A stretch of 64,000 bases of DNA, from the NCBI RefSeq assembly GCF_009914755.1, contig NC_060948.1; one strand, 5' to 3'. The stretch is from the human T2T-CHM13v2.0 reference genome, Homo sapiens. The notes below the pieces were generated by a model. That model saw only the letters and a program-made list of their open reading frames with translations. It had not been told where the DNA came from and did not search any database. Below, piece by piece: positions 10,738 to 25,053 of this stretch. Position 1 is the first letter of the stretch. Every line of letters begins with the position of its first letter. The translations under genes and the position numbers were made by a program.

Positions 10738-13700
10738 TGGAATGGAATGGAATGGACTCAAATGGAATGGACTAGAATGGAATGGATTCGAATGGAAGGC
10801 AAAGGAATGGAATCTATTGGAATGGACTGTAATGGAATGGAATGGAAGGGATTGGAATGGACTCGAATGGAATGGACTGCAATAGAAAGGATTCGAATGG
10901 AATGAAAAAGAATTGAATGGAATAGAACAGAATGGAATCAAATCGAATGAAATGGAATGGAATAGAAAGGAATGGAATGAAATGGAATGGAAAGGATTCG
11001 AATGGAATGCAATCGAATGGAATGGAATCGAACGGAATGGAATAAAATGGAAGAAAACTGGCAAGAAATGGAATCGAAATGAATGGAGTGTTATGGAACG
11101 GACTCAAAAGGAATTGAATGTAATAGAATGGAGTGGAGTGGACTCGAATATAATGGACTGGAATGGAATGAAATCACATGGAATGGGAACGAATGGAATG
11201 GAATGGAAAGGAATGGAATCGAATGGAAAGGAATCGAATGGAAGGGAATGAAATTGAATCAACACGAATGGAAGGGAATAGAATAGACTGTAATGGAATG
11301 GACTCGAATAGAATGGACACGAATGCTCAAATTAAATGGACTCGAATGGAATGGAAACGAAAGGAATGTCATCGAATGGAATTGAATCGATTGGAATGAA
11401 ATCACATAGAATGGAGTGGAATCAAATGGAATTGAATCGAAAGGAAAGGAAGCGAATGGACTGAAATGAAATGGAATGGAATTGAATGGAAAGTAATGCA
11501 ATGGAATAGAATGGAACGAAATTTCACGGAATGGAATCAAACTGAATGGAATCAAATCAATGGAATCAAATCAAATGGAATGGAAAGGAATTGAATGGAG
11601 TAGATGGGATTGGATGGGATTGGAATGAAATGTACTGGAAAGGACTCGAATTTCATGAAACGGAATGGAATGAATTGGAACGGAATGGACTCGAATGGAA
11701 TGGAATGTCATGGGATGGCATCAAATGGAATGACATCAAATGGAATGGAATCGAATGCAATGGAATGCTATGGAATGGAATGGAATGCATTGGAATGGAA
11801 TGTCCGCTAATGGAATGGATTCGAGTGGAATGGAATTGAATATAATGGAGTCGAATGAAATGGAATTGAAAGGAATGGGATCGAATACAATGGAATATAC
11901 TGGAATGTAACGTAATGAACTCGAATGTAATTGACTGGAATGGAATGTACATGAATGGAATGTAATCGAATGGAAAGTAATCCAATGGAATAGAATCTAA
12001 TGCAATAAAATCGACTCAGATAGAGTAGAATGTAATGGAATGGAGTGCAGTGCAATGGAATGGAATGGAATGGAATGCAATGGAATGGAATGGAATGGAA
12101 TGGAATGGAATGGAATGGAATGGAATGGGATGGAATGGTATGGAATGGATAGTAATGGACTGGAGTGAAATGGACTGGAAAGGAATGGACTCAAATTGAA
12201 AGGGCTCGAAAGGAATGGAGTCAAATGGAATGGTCTGGAATGGAATGAACACGAATGTAATGCAACCCAATAGAATGGAATCGAATGGCATGGAATATAA
12301 AGAAATGGAATCGAAGAGAATGGAAACAAATGGAATGGAATTGAATGGAATGGAATTGAATGGAATGGGAACGAATGGAGTGAAATTGTATGCAGTAGAA
12401 GAGAATAGAATGGAATGCAAGCGAAAGGAAAGGAATGGATTGGAATGGAATGGAATTCATTGGAATGGAAGGGAATGTAGTGTAATGGACAGGCCTGGAA
12501 TAAAGTGGAATGCTACGGTCTCGAATGGAATAAAAATGTATGGAATGGAATGCAATGAAACGGAATCGAATGTCATAGAATGTAATGGAATGCAAAAAAA
12601 TGGAATCCAAAATCATTGACTGGAAAGGCTGGGTGTCGAAAGGAATTGACTCCAATGGAATGGAATCGAATGGAATGGAAGTGAATAGAATCGAACTAAA
12701 TCGAATGGAATGGAATTGATAGGAACGGAATGGAAAGGAATGCAATGATTTGGCATGGAATGGAATCGAATGGCATCGAATGGAATGGAATGGAATGCAA
12801 TGGAATGGAATGTATTAGAATGGAATGAACTTTAATGGAATGTACTCGAATGGATTCGACTGGAATGGAATGTTCTGGAAGTGAATGGACTCCAATGGAA
12901 TGGATTCAAAAGGAATGGAATCGTACGGAATGGAATCTAATGGAATGGAATTAAATGGAAATGAATCAAATTGAATAGCACGGAATTGAATTGAATGGAA
13001 TGGAATGCAATGGAATCTAATGAAACGGAAAGGAAAGGAATGGAATGGAATGGAATGGGCTGGAATGGAAAGGAATCGAAACGAATGGAATGGAATCGAA
13101 GTGAAGAGACTGGAATGGAATGCACTGGAATGGAAGGGAGTGTAATGGAAGGTTCTCGAAAAAAATGGAATCGAATGGAATGGAATTGAATGGAACGGAA
13201 TAGACTCGAATGGAATTGAATGGAATGGAATGGACTAGAGTGAAATGGAATCGAACCACAAGGAATGGACAGGAATAGAATGGTCTCGAATTGAATGGAA
13301 TCGTATGGAATGGCATCAAACGGAATGGAATGGACAGCCACGGAATGGAATGCACTCGAAAGCAATGGAGTCGAAACTAATGGACTGGAATAGAATGGAC
13401 TCGACTGGTACGGACTCCAATGGAATGGAATCGAATGGAAGGGAATCGAACGGAAGGGAATCGAACGGAATGGACTCGAAGGGAAAAGACTGCAATGGAA
13501 AGGTCTCGAATGGAATGGAAATTAATGGAATGGAATGGAATCGAATGAAATGGAGTCAAAAGGAATGGAATCGAATGGCAAGAAATCGAATGTAATGGAA
13601 TCGCCAGGAATTGATGTGAATGGAACGGAATGGAATGGAATCCAAAGGAATGGAATAGAATGGAATGGAATCGAATGGAAAGGACTCGAATGGAAATCAC

Positions 13701-14321
13701 TCGAATAGAATGCAATTTAATAAAATAGGATCAAATGTAATGGAATGGAATGGAAAGGAATCGAAACGAAAGGAATGGAGACAGATGGAATGGAATGGAA
13801 CAGAGAGCAATGGTATAGAATGGAATGGAATCATCTGGAATGGAATTGAATGGAATGGAATAATATGAAATGGAATGGAATGGAATGGAATGGAATGCCC
13901 TTGAATTGAATGGACTGGAATAGAATGGACTCAAACAGAGTGGAATGGAAAGTGTGGAGATAGAATGGAATGAACTCCTTTGGAATGGTGTAGTATGCAA
14001 TGCAATCGACTGGCAGGGAATCAAAAGGTATGTAATCGAAAGGATTGGACTGGAATGCAAAGGACTCGAATAGATTGGAAACGGAATGCAAAGGAATGGA
14101 ATGGAATAGTATGGAATGCAATGGAAGGGAATGGAGTGGAATAGACTAGAGTGGAATGGAATGGACTGGAAAGCAATGGACTGGAATGGAACTTTCTTGG
14201 ATGGACTGGAATCAAACGGAATGGAATGCAGTGCAATCAAATGGCATGGAATAAAATAGAATGAAAGAGAATCAAATGGAATTGAATCGAATGGAATCGA
14301 ATGGATTGGAAAGGAATAGAA
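10738..14321. repeat. DYZ1 unit 4 (3584 bp, haplotype A, one extra pentamer)
   Basis: ORF offsets shift +5 after about 12.1 kb; (GGAAT)9 run. Confidence 0.95.
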
Positions 14322-17300
14322 TGGAATGGAATGGAATGGACTCAAATGGAATGGACTAGAATGGAATGGATTCGAATGGAAGGCAAAGGAATGGAATCTA
14401 TTGGAATGGACTGTAATGGAATGGAATGGAAGGGATTGGAATGGACTCGAATGGAATGGACTGCAATAGAAAGGATTCGAATGGAATGAAAAAGAATTGA
14501 ATGGAATAGAACAGAATGGAATCAAATCGAATGAAATGGAATGGAATAGAAAGGAATGGAATGAAATGGAATGGAAAGGATTCGAATGGAATGCAATCGA
14601 ATGGAATGGAATCGAACGGAATGGAATAAAATGGAAGAAAACTGGCAAGAAATGGAATCGAAATGAATGGAGTGTTATGGAACGGACTCAAAAGGAATTG
14701 AATGTAATAGAATGGAGTGGAGTGGACTCGAATATAATGGACTGGAATGGAATGAAATCACATGGAATGGGAACGAATGGAATGGAATGGAAAGGAATGG
14801 AATCGAATGGAAAGGAACCGAATGGAAGGGAATGAAATTGAATCAACACGAATGGAAGGGAATAGAATAGACTGTAATGGAATGGACTCGAATAGAATGG
14901 ACACGAATGCTCAAATTAAATGGACTCGAATGGAATGGAAACGAAAGGAATGTCATCGAATGGAATTGAATCGATTGGAATGAAATCGCATAGAATGGAG
15001 TGGAATCAAATGGAATTGAATCGAAAGGAAAGGAAGCGAATGGACTGAAATGAAATGGAATGGAATTGAATGGAAAGTAATGCAATGGAATAGAATGGAA
15101 CGAAATTTCACGGAATGGAATCAAACTGAATGGAATCAAATCAATGGAATCAAATCAAATGGAATGGAAAGGAATTGAATGGAGTAGATGGGATTGGATG
15201 GGATTGGAATGAAATGTACTGGAAAGGACTCGAATTTCATGAAACGGAATGGAATGAATTGGAACGGAATGGACTCGAATGGAATGGAATGTCATGGGAT
15301 GGCATCAAATGGAATGGCATCAAATGGAATGGAATCGAATGCAATGGAATGCTATAGAATGGAATGGAATGCATTGGAATGGAATGTCCTCTAATGGAGT
15401 GGATTCGAGTGGAATGGAATTGAATATAATGGAGTCGAATGAAATGGAATTGAAAGGAATGGGATCGAATACAATGGAATATACAGGAATGTAACGTAAT
15501 GAACTCGAATGTAATTGACTGGAATGGAATGTACATGAATGGAATGTAATCGAATGGAAAGTAATCCAATGGAATAGAATCTAATGCAATAAAATCGACT
15601 CAGATAGAGTAGAATGTAATGGAATGGAGTGCAGTGCAATGGAATGGAATGGAATGGAATGCAATGGAATGGAATGGAATGGAATGGAATGGAATGGAAT
15701 GGAATGGGATGGAATGGTATGGAATGGATAGTAATGGACTGGAGTGAAATGGACTGGAAAGGAATGGACTCAAATTGAAAGGGCTCGAAAGGAATGGAGT
15801 CAAATGGAATGGTCTGGAATGGAATGAACACGAATGTAATGCAACCCAATAGAATGGAATCGAATGGCATGGAATATAAAGAAATGGAATCGAAGAGAAT
15901 GGAAACAAATGGAATGGAATTGAATGGAATGGAATTGAATGGAATGGGAACGAATGGAGTGAAATTGTATGCAGTAGAAGAGAATAGAATGGAATGCAAG
16001 CGAAAGGAAAGGAATGGATTGGAATGGAATGGAATTCATTGGAATGGAAGGGAATGTAGTGTAATGGACAGGCCTGGAATAAAGTGGAATGCTACGGTCT
16101 CGAATGGAATAAAAATGTATGGAATGGAATGCAATGAAACGGAATCGAATGTCATAGAATGTAATGGAATGCAAAAAAATGGAATCCAAAATCATTGACT
16201 GGAAAGGCTGGGTGTCGAAAGGAATTGACTCCAATGGAATGGAATCGAATGGAATGGAAGTGAATAGAATCGAACTAAATCGAATGGAATGGAATTGATA
16301 GGAACGGAATGGAAAGGAATGCAATGATTTGGCATGGAATGGAATCGAATGGCATCGAATGGAATGGAATGGAATGCAATGGAATGGAATGTATTAGAAT
16401 GTAATGAACTTTAATGGAATGTACTCGAATGGATTCGACTGGAATGGAATGTTCTGGAAGTGAATGGACTCCAATGGAATGGATTCCAAAGGAATGGAAT
16501 CGTACGGAATGGAATCTAATGGAATGGAATTAAATGGAAATGAATCAAATTGAATAGCACGGAATTGAATTGAATGGAATGGAATGCAATGGAATCTAAT
16601 GAAACGGAAAGGAAAGGAATGGAATGGAATGGAATGGGCTGGAATGGAAAGGAATCGAAACGAATGGAATGGAATCGAACTGAAGAGACTGGAATGGAAT
16701 GCACTGGAATGGAAGGGAGTGTAATGGAAGGTTCTCGAAAAAAATGGAATCGAATGGAATGGAATTGAATGGAACGGAATAGAGTCGAATGGAATTGAAT
16801 GGAATGGAATGGACTAGAGTGAAATGGAATCGAACCACAAGGAATGGACAGGAATAGAATGGTCTCGAATTGAATGGAATCGTATGGAATGGCATCAAAC
16901 GGAATGGAATGGACAGCCACGGAATGGAATGCACTCGAATGCAATGGAGTCGAAACTAATGGACTGGAATAGAATGGACTCGACTGGTACGGACTCCAAT
17001 GGAATGGAATCGAATGGAAGGGAATCGAACGGAATGGAATCGAACGGAATGGACTCGAAGGGAAAAGACTGCAATGGAAAGGTCTCGAATGGAATGGAAA
17101 TTAATGGAATGGAATGGAATCGAATGAAATGGAGTCAAAAGGAATGGAATCGAATGGCAAGAAATCGAATGTAATGGAATCGCCAGGAATTGATGTGAAC
17201 GGAACGGAATGGAATGGAATCCAAAGGAATGGAATAGAATGGAATGGAATCGAATGGAAAGGACTCGAATGGAAATCACTCGAATAGAATGCAATTTAAT

Positions 17301-17900
17301 AAAATAGGATCAAATGTAATGGAATGGAATGGAAAGGAATCGAAACGAAAGGAATGGAGACAGATGGAATGGAATGGAACAGAGAGCAATGGTATAGAAT
17401 GGAATGGAATCATCTGGAATGGAATTGAATGGAATGGAATAATATGAAATGGAATGGAATGGAATGGAATGGAATGCCCTTGAATTAAATGGACTGGAAT
17501 GGAATGGACTCAAACAGAGTGGAATGGAAAGTGTGGAGATAGAATGGAATGAACTCCTTTGGAATGGTGTAGTATGCAATGCAATCGACTGGCAGGGAAT
17601 CAAAAGGAATGTAATCGAATGGATTGGACTGGAATGCAATGGACTCGAATAGATTGGAAACGGAATGCAAAGGAATGGAATGGAATAGTATGGAATGCAA
17701 TGGAAGGGAATGGAGTGGAATAGACTAGAGTGGAATGGAATGGACTGGAAAGCAATGGACTGGAATGGAACTTTCTTGGATGGACTGGAATCAAACGGAA
17801 TGGAATGCAATGCAATCAAATGGCATGGAATAAAATAGAATGAAAGAGAATCAAATGGAATTGAATCGAATGGAATCGAATGGATTGGAAAGGAATAGAA
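14322..17900. repeat. DYZ1 unit 5 (3579 bp, haplotype B)
   Basis: B alleles; additional attcc variant at 16487. Confidence 0.95.
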
Positions 17901-20900
17901 TGGAATGGAATGGAATGGACTCAAATGGAATGTACTAGAATGGAATGGATTCGAATGGAAGGCAAAGGAATGGAATCTATTGGAATGGACTGTAATGGAA
18001 TGGAATGGAAGGGATTGGAATGGACTCGAATGGAATGGACTGCAATAGAAAGGATTCGAATGGAATGAAAAAGAATTGAATGGAATAGAACAGAATGGAA
18101 TCAAATCGAATGAAATGGAATGGAATAGAAAGGAATGGAATGAAATGGAATGGAAAGGATTCGAATGGAATGCAATCGAATGGAATGGAATCGAACGGAA
18201 TGGAATAAAATGGAAGAAAACTGGCAAGAAATGGAATCGAAATGAATGGAGTGTTATGGAACGGACTCAAAAGGAATTGAATGTAATAGAATGGAGTGGA
18301 GTGGACTCGAATATAATGGACTGGAATGGAATGAAATCACATGGAATGGGAACGAATGGAATGGAATGGAAAGGAATGGAATCGAATGGAAAGGAATCGA
18401 ATGGAAGGGAATGAAATTGAATCAACACGAATGGAAGGGAATAGAATAGACTGTAATGGAATGGACTCGAATAGAATGGACACGAATGCTCAAATTAAAT
18501 GGACTCGAATGGAATGGAAACGAAAGGAATGTCATCGAATGGAATTGAATCGATTGGAATGAAATCGCATAGAATGGAGTGGAATCAAATGGAATTGAAT
18601 CGAAAGGAAAGGAAGCGAATGGACTGAAATGAAATGGAATGGAATTGAATGGAAAGTAATGCAATGGAATAGAATGGAACGAAATTTCACGGAATGGAAT
18701 CAAACTGAATGGAATCAAATCAATGGAATCAAATCAAATGGAATGGAAAGGAATTGAATGGAGTAGATGGGATTGGATGGGATTGGAATGAAATGTACTG
18801 GAAAGGACTCGAATTTCATGAAACGGAATGGAATGAATTGGAACGGAATGGACTCGAATGGAATGGAATGTCATGGGATGGCATCAAATGGAATGACATC
18901 AAATGGAATGGAATCGAATGCAATGGAATGCTATGGAATGGAATGGAATGCATTGGAATGGAATGTCCGCTAATGGAATGGATTCGAGTGGAATGGAATT
19001 GAATATAATGGAGTCGAATGAAATGGAATTGAAAGGAATGGGATCGAATACAATGGAATATACTGGAATGTAACGTAATGAACTCGAATGTAATTGACTG
19101 GAATGGAATGTACATGAATGGAATGTAATCGAATGGAAAGTAATCCAATGGAATAGAATCTAATGCAATAAAATCGACTCAGATAGAGTAGAATGTAATG
19201 GAATGGAGTGCAGTGCAATGGAATGGAATGGAATGGAATGCAATGGAATGGAATGGAATGGAATGGAATGGAATGGAATGGAATGGGATGGAATGGTATG
19301 GAATGGATAGTAATGGACTGGAGTGAAATGGACTGGAAAGGAATGGACTCAAATTGAAAGGGCTCGAAAGGAATGGAGTCAAATGGAATGGTCTGGAATG
19401 GAATGAACACGAATGTAATGCAACCCAATAGAATGGAATCGAATGGCATGGAATATAAAGAAATGGAATCGAAGAGAATGGAAACAAATGGAATGGAATT
19501 GAATGGAATGGAATTGAATGGAATGGGAACGAATGGAGTGAAATTGTATGCAGTAGAAGAGAATAGAATGGAATGCAAGCGAAAGGAAAGGAATGGATTG
19601 GAATGGAATGGAATTCATTGGAATGGAAGGGAATGTAGTGTAATGGACAGGCCTGGAATAAAGTGGAATGCTACGGTCTCGAATGGAATAAAAATGTATG
19701 GAATGGAATGCAATGAAACGGAATCGAATGTCATAGAATGTAATGGAATGCAAAAAAATGGAATCCAAAATCATTGACTGGAAAGGCTGGGTGTCGAAAG
19801 GAATTGACTCCAATGGAATGGAATCGAATGGAATGGAAGTGAATAGAATCGAACTAAATCGAATGGAATGGAATTGATAGGAACGGAATGGAAAGGAATG
19901 CAATGATTTGGCATGGAATGGAATCGAATGGCATCGAATGGAATGGAATGGAATGCAATGGAATGGAATGTATTAGAATGGAATGAACTTTAATGGAATG
20001 TACTCGAATGGATTCGACTGGAATGGAATGTTCTGGAAGTGAATGGACTCCAATGGAATGGATTCAAAAGGAATGGAATCGTACGGAATGGAATCTAATG
20101 GAATGGAATTAAATGGAAATGAATCAAATTGAATAGCACGGAATTGAATTGAATGGAATGGAATGCAATGGAATCTAATGAAACGGAAAGGAAAGGAATG
20201 GAATGGAATGGAATGGGCTGGAATGGAAAGGAATCGAAACGAATGGAATGGAATCGAAGTGAAGAGACTGGAATGGAATGCACTGGAATGGAAGGGAGTG
20301 TAATGGAAGGTTCTCGAAAAAAATGGAATCGAATGGAATGGAATTGAATGGAACGGAATAGAGTCGAATGGAATTGAATGGAATGGAATGGACTAGAGTG
20401 AAATGGAATCGAACCACAAGGAATGGACAGGAATAGAATGGTCTCGAATTGAATGGAATCGTATGGAATGGCATCAAACGGAATGGAATGGACAGCCACG
20501 GAATGGAATGCACTCGAAAGCAATGGAGTCGAAACTAATGGACTGGAATAGAATGGACTCGACTGGTACGGACTCCAATGGAATGGAATCGAATGGAAGG
20601 GAATCGAACGGAAGGGAATCGAACGGAATGGACTCGAAGGGAAAAGACTGCAATGGAAAGGTCTCGAATGGAATGGAAATTAATGGAATGGAATGGAATC
20701 GAATGAAATGGAGTCAAAAGGAATGGAATCGAATGGCAAGAAATCGAATGTAATGGAATCGCCAGGAATTGATGTGAATGGAACGGAATGGAATGGAATC
20801 CAAAGGAATGGAATAGAATGGAATGGAATCGAATGGAAAGGACTCGAATGGAAATCACTCGAATAGAATGCAATTTAATAAAATAGGATCAAATGTAATG

Positions 20901-21479
20901 GAATGGAATGGAAAGGAATCGAAACGAAAGGAATGGAGACAGATGGAATGGAATGGAACAGAGAGCAATGGTATAGAATGGAATGGAATCATCTGGAATG
21001 GAATTGAATGGAATGGAATAATATGAAATGGAATGGAATGGAATGGAATGGAATGCCCTTGAATTGAATGGACTGGAATAGAATGGACTCAAACAGAGTG
21101 GAATGGAAAGTGTGGAGATAGAATGGAATGAACTCCTTTGGAATGGTGTAGTATGCAATGCAATCGACTGGCAGGGAATCAAAAGGTATGTAATCGAAAG
21201 GATTGGACTGGAATGCAAAGGACTCGAATAGATTGGAAACGGAATGCAAAGGAATGGAATGGAATAGTATGGAATGCAATGGAAGGGAATGGAGTGGAAT
21301 AGACTAGAGTGGAATGGAATGGACTGGAAAGCAATGGACTGGAATGGAACTTTCTTGGATGGACTGGAATCAAACGGAATGGAATGCAGTGCAATCAAAT
21401 GGCATGGAATAAAATAGAATGAAAGAGAATCAAATGGAATTGAATCGAATGGAATCGAATGGATTGGAAAGGAATAGAA
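17901..21479. repeat. DYZ1 unit 6 (3579 bp, haplotype A)
   Basis: A alleles at all diagnostic sites; (GGAAT)8 run. Confidence 0.95.
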
Positions 21480-24400
21480 TGGAATGGAATGGAATGGACT
21501 CAAATGGAATGGACTAGAATGGAATGGATTCGAATGGAAGGCAAAGGAATGGAATCTATTGGAATGGACTGTAATGGAATGGAATGGAAGGGATTGGAAT
21601 GGACTCGAATGGAATGGACTGCAATAGAAAGGATTCGAATGGAATGAAAAAGAATTGAATGGAATAGAACAGAATGGAATCAAATCGAATGAAATGGAAT
21701 GGAATAGAAAGGAATGGAATGAAATGGAATGGAAAGGATTCGAATGGAATGCAATCGAATGGAATGGAATCGAACGGAATGGAATAAAATGGAAGAAAAC
21801 TGGCAAGAAATGGAATCGAAATGAATGGAGTGTTATGGAACGGACTCAAAAGGAATTGAATGTAATAGAATGGAGTGGAGTGGACTCGAATATAATGGAC
21901 TGGAATGGAATGAAATCACATGGAATGGGAACGAATGGAATGGAATGGAAAGGAATGGAATCGAATGGAAAGGAATCGAATGGAAGGGAATGAAATTGAA
22001 TCAACACGAATGGAAGGGAATAGAATAGACTGTAATGGAATGGACTCGAATAGAATGGACACGAATGCTCAAATTAAATGGACTCGAATGGAATGGAAAC
22101 GAAAGGAATGTCATCGAATGGAATTGAATCGATTGGAATGAAATCGCATAGAATGGAGTGGAATCAAATGGAATTGAATCGAAAGGAAAGGAAGCGAATG
22201 GACTGAAATGAAATGGAATGGAATTGAATGGAAAGTAATGCAATGGAATAGAATGGAACGAAATTTCACGGAATGGAATCAAACTGAATGGAATCAAATC
22301 AGTGGAATCAAATCAAATGGAATGGAAAGGAATTGAATGGAGTAGATGGGATTGGATGGGATTGGAATGAAATGTACTGGAAAGGACTCGAATTTCATGA
22401 AACGGAATGGAATGAATTGGAACGGAATGGACTCGAATGGAATGGAATGTCATGGGATGGCATCAAATGGAATGACATCAAATGGAATGGAATCGAATGC
22501 AATGGAATGCTATGGAATGGAATGGAATGCATTGGAATGGAATGTCCGCTAATGGAATGGATTCGAGTGGAATGGAATTGAATATAATGGAGTCGAATGA
22601 AATGGAATTGAAAGGAATGGGATCGAATACAATGGAATATACTGGAATGTAACGTAATGAACTGGAATGTAATTGACTGGAATGGAATGTACATGAATGG
22701 AATGTAATCGAATGGAAAGTAATCCAATGGAATAGAATCTAATGCAATAAAATCGACTCAGATAGAGTAGAATGTAATGGAATGGAGTGCAGTGCAATGG
22801 AATGGAATGGAATGGAATGCAATGGAATGGAATGGAATGGAATGGAATGGAATGGAATGGGATGGAATGGTATGGAATGGATAGTAATGGACTGGAGTGA
22901 AATGGACTGGAAAGGAATGGACTCAAATTGAAAGGGCTCGAAAGGAATGGAGTCAAATGGAATGGTCTGGAATGGAATGAACACGAATGTAATGCAACCC
23001 AATAGAATGGAATCGAATGGCATGGAATATAAAGAAATGGAATCGAAGAGAATGGAAACAAATGGAATGGAATTGAATGGAATGGAATTGAATGGAATGG
23101 GAACGAATGGAGTGAAATTGTATGCAGTAGAAGAGAATAGAATGGAATGCAAGCGAAAGGAAAGGAATGGATTGGAATGGAATGGAATTCATTGGAATGG
23201 AAGGGAATGTAGTGTAATGGACAGGCCTGGAATAAAGTGGAATGCTACGGTCTCGAATGGAATAAAAATGTATGGAATGGAATGCAATGAAACGGAATCG
23301 AATGTCATAGAATGTAATGGAATGCAAAAAAATGGAATCCAAAATCATTGACTGGAAAGGCTGGGTGTCGAAAGGAATTGACTCCAATGGAATGGAATCG
23401 AATGGAATGGAAGTGAATAGAATCGAACTAAATCGAATGGAATGGAATTGATAGGAACGGAATGGAAAGGAATGCAATGATTTGGCATGGAATGGAATCG
23501 AATGGCATCGAATGGAATGGAATGGAATGCAATGGAATGGAATGTATTAGAATGTAATGAACTTTAATGGAATGTACTCGAATGGATTCGACTGGAATGG
23601 AATGTTCTGGAAGTGAATGGACTCCAATGGAATGGATTCCAAAGGAATGGAATCGTACGGAATGGAATCTAATGGAATGGAATTAAATGGAAATGAATCA
23701 AATTGAATAGCACGGAATTGAATTGAATGGAATGGAATGCAATGGAATCTAATGAAACGGAAAGGAAAGGAATGGAATGGAATGGAATGGGCTGGAATGG
23801 AAAGGAATCGAAACGAATGGAATGGAATCGAACTGAAGAGACTGGAATGGAATGCACTGGAATGGAAGGGAGTGTAATGGAAGGTTCTCGAAAAAAATGG
23901 AATCGAATGGAATGGAATTGAATGGAACGGAATAGAGTCGAATGGAATTGAATGGAATGGAATGGACTAGAGTGAAATGGAATCGAACCACAAGGAATGG
24001 ACAGGAATAGAATGGTCTCGAATTGAATGGAATCGTATGGAATGGCATCAAACGGAATGGAATGGACAGCCACGGAATGGAATGCACTCGAAAGCAATGG
24101 AGTCGAAACTAATGGACTGGAATAGAATGGACTCGACTGGTACGGACTCCAATGGAATGGAATCGAATGGAAGGGAATCGAACGGAAGGGAATCGAACGG
24201 AATGGACTCGAAGGGAAAAGACTGCAATGGAAAGGTCTCGAATGGAATGGAAATTAATGGAATGGAATGGAATCGAATGAAATGGAGTCAAAAGGAATGG
24301 AATCGAATGGCAAGAAATCGAATGTAATGGAATCGCCAGGAATTGATGTGAATGGAACGGAATGGAATGGAATCCAAAGGAATGGAATAGAATGGAATGG

Positions 24401-25053
24401 AATCGAATGGAAAGGACTCGAATGGAAATCACTCGAATAGAATGCAATTTAATAAAATAGGATCAAATGTAATGGAATGGAATGGAAAGGAATCGAAACG
24501 AAAGGAATGGAGACAGATGGAATGGAATGGAACAGAGAGCAATGGTATAGAATGGAATGGAATCATCTGGAATGGAATTGAATGGAATGGAATAATATGA
24601 AATGGAATGGAATGGAATGGAATGGAATGCCCTTGAATTGAATGGACTGGAATAGAATGGACTCAAACAGAGTGGAATGGAAAGTGTGGAGATAGAATGG
24701 AATGAACTCCTTTGGAATGGTGTAGTATGCAATGCAATCGACTGGCAGGGAATCAAAAGGTATGTAATCGAAAGGATTGGACTGGAATGCAAAGGACTCG
24801 AATAGATTGGAAACGGAATGCAAAGGAATGGAATGGAATAGTATGGAATGCAATGGAAGGGAATGGAGTGGAATAGACTAGAGTGGAATGGAATGGACTG
24901 GAAAGCAATGGACTGGAATGGAACTTTCTTGGATGGACTGGAATCAAACGGAATGGAATGCAGTGCAATCAAATGGCATGGAATAAAATAGAATGAAAGA
25001 GAATCAAATGGAATTGAATCGAATGGAATCGAATGGATTGGAAAGGAATAGAA
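21480..25053. repeat. DYZ1 unit 7 (3574 bp, haplotype A with an internal B-like tract)
   Basis: (GGAAT)7 run; unit-5/B alleles at 23640 and 23833; A alleles from 24093 onward. Confidence 0.93.
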
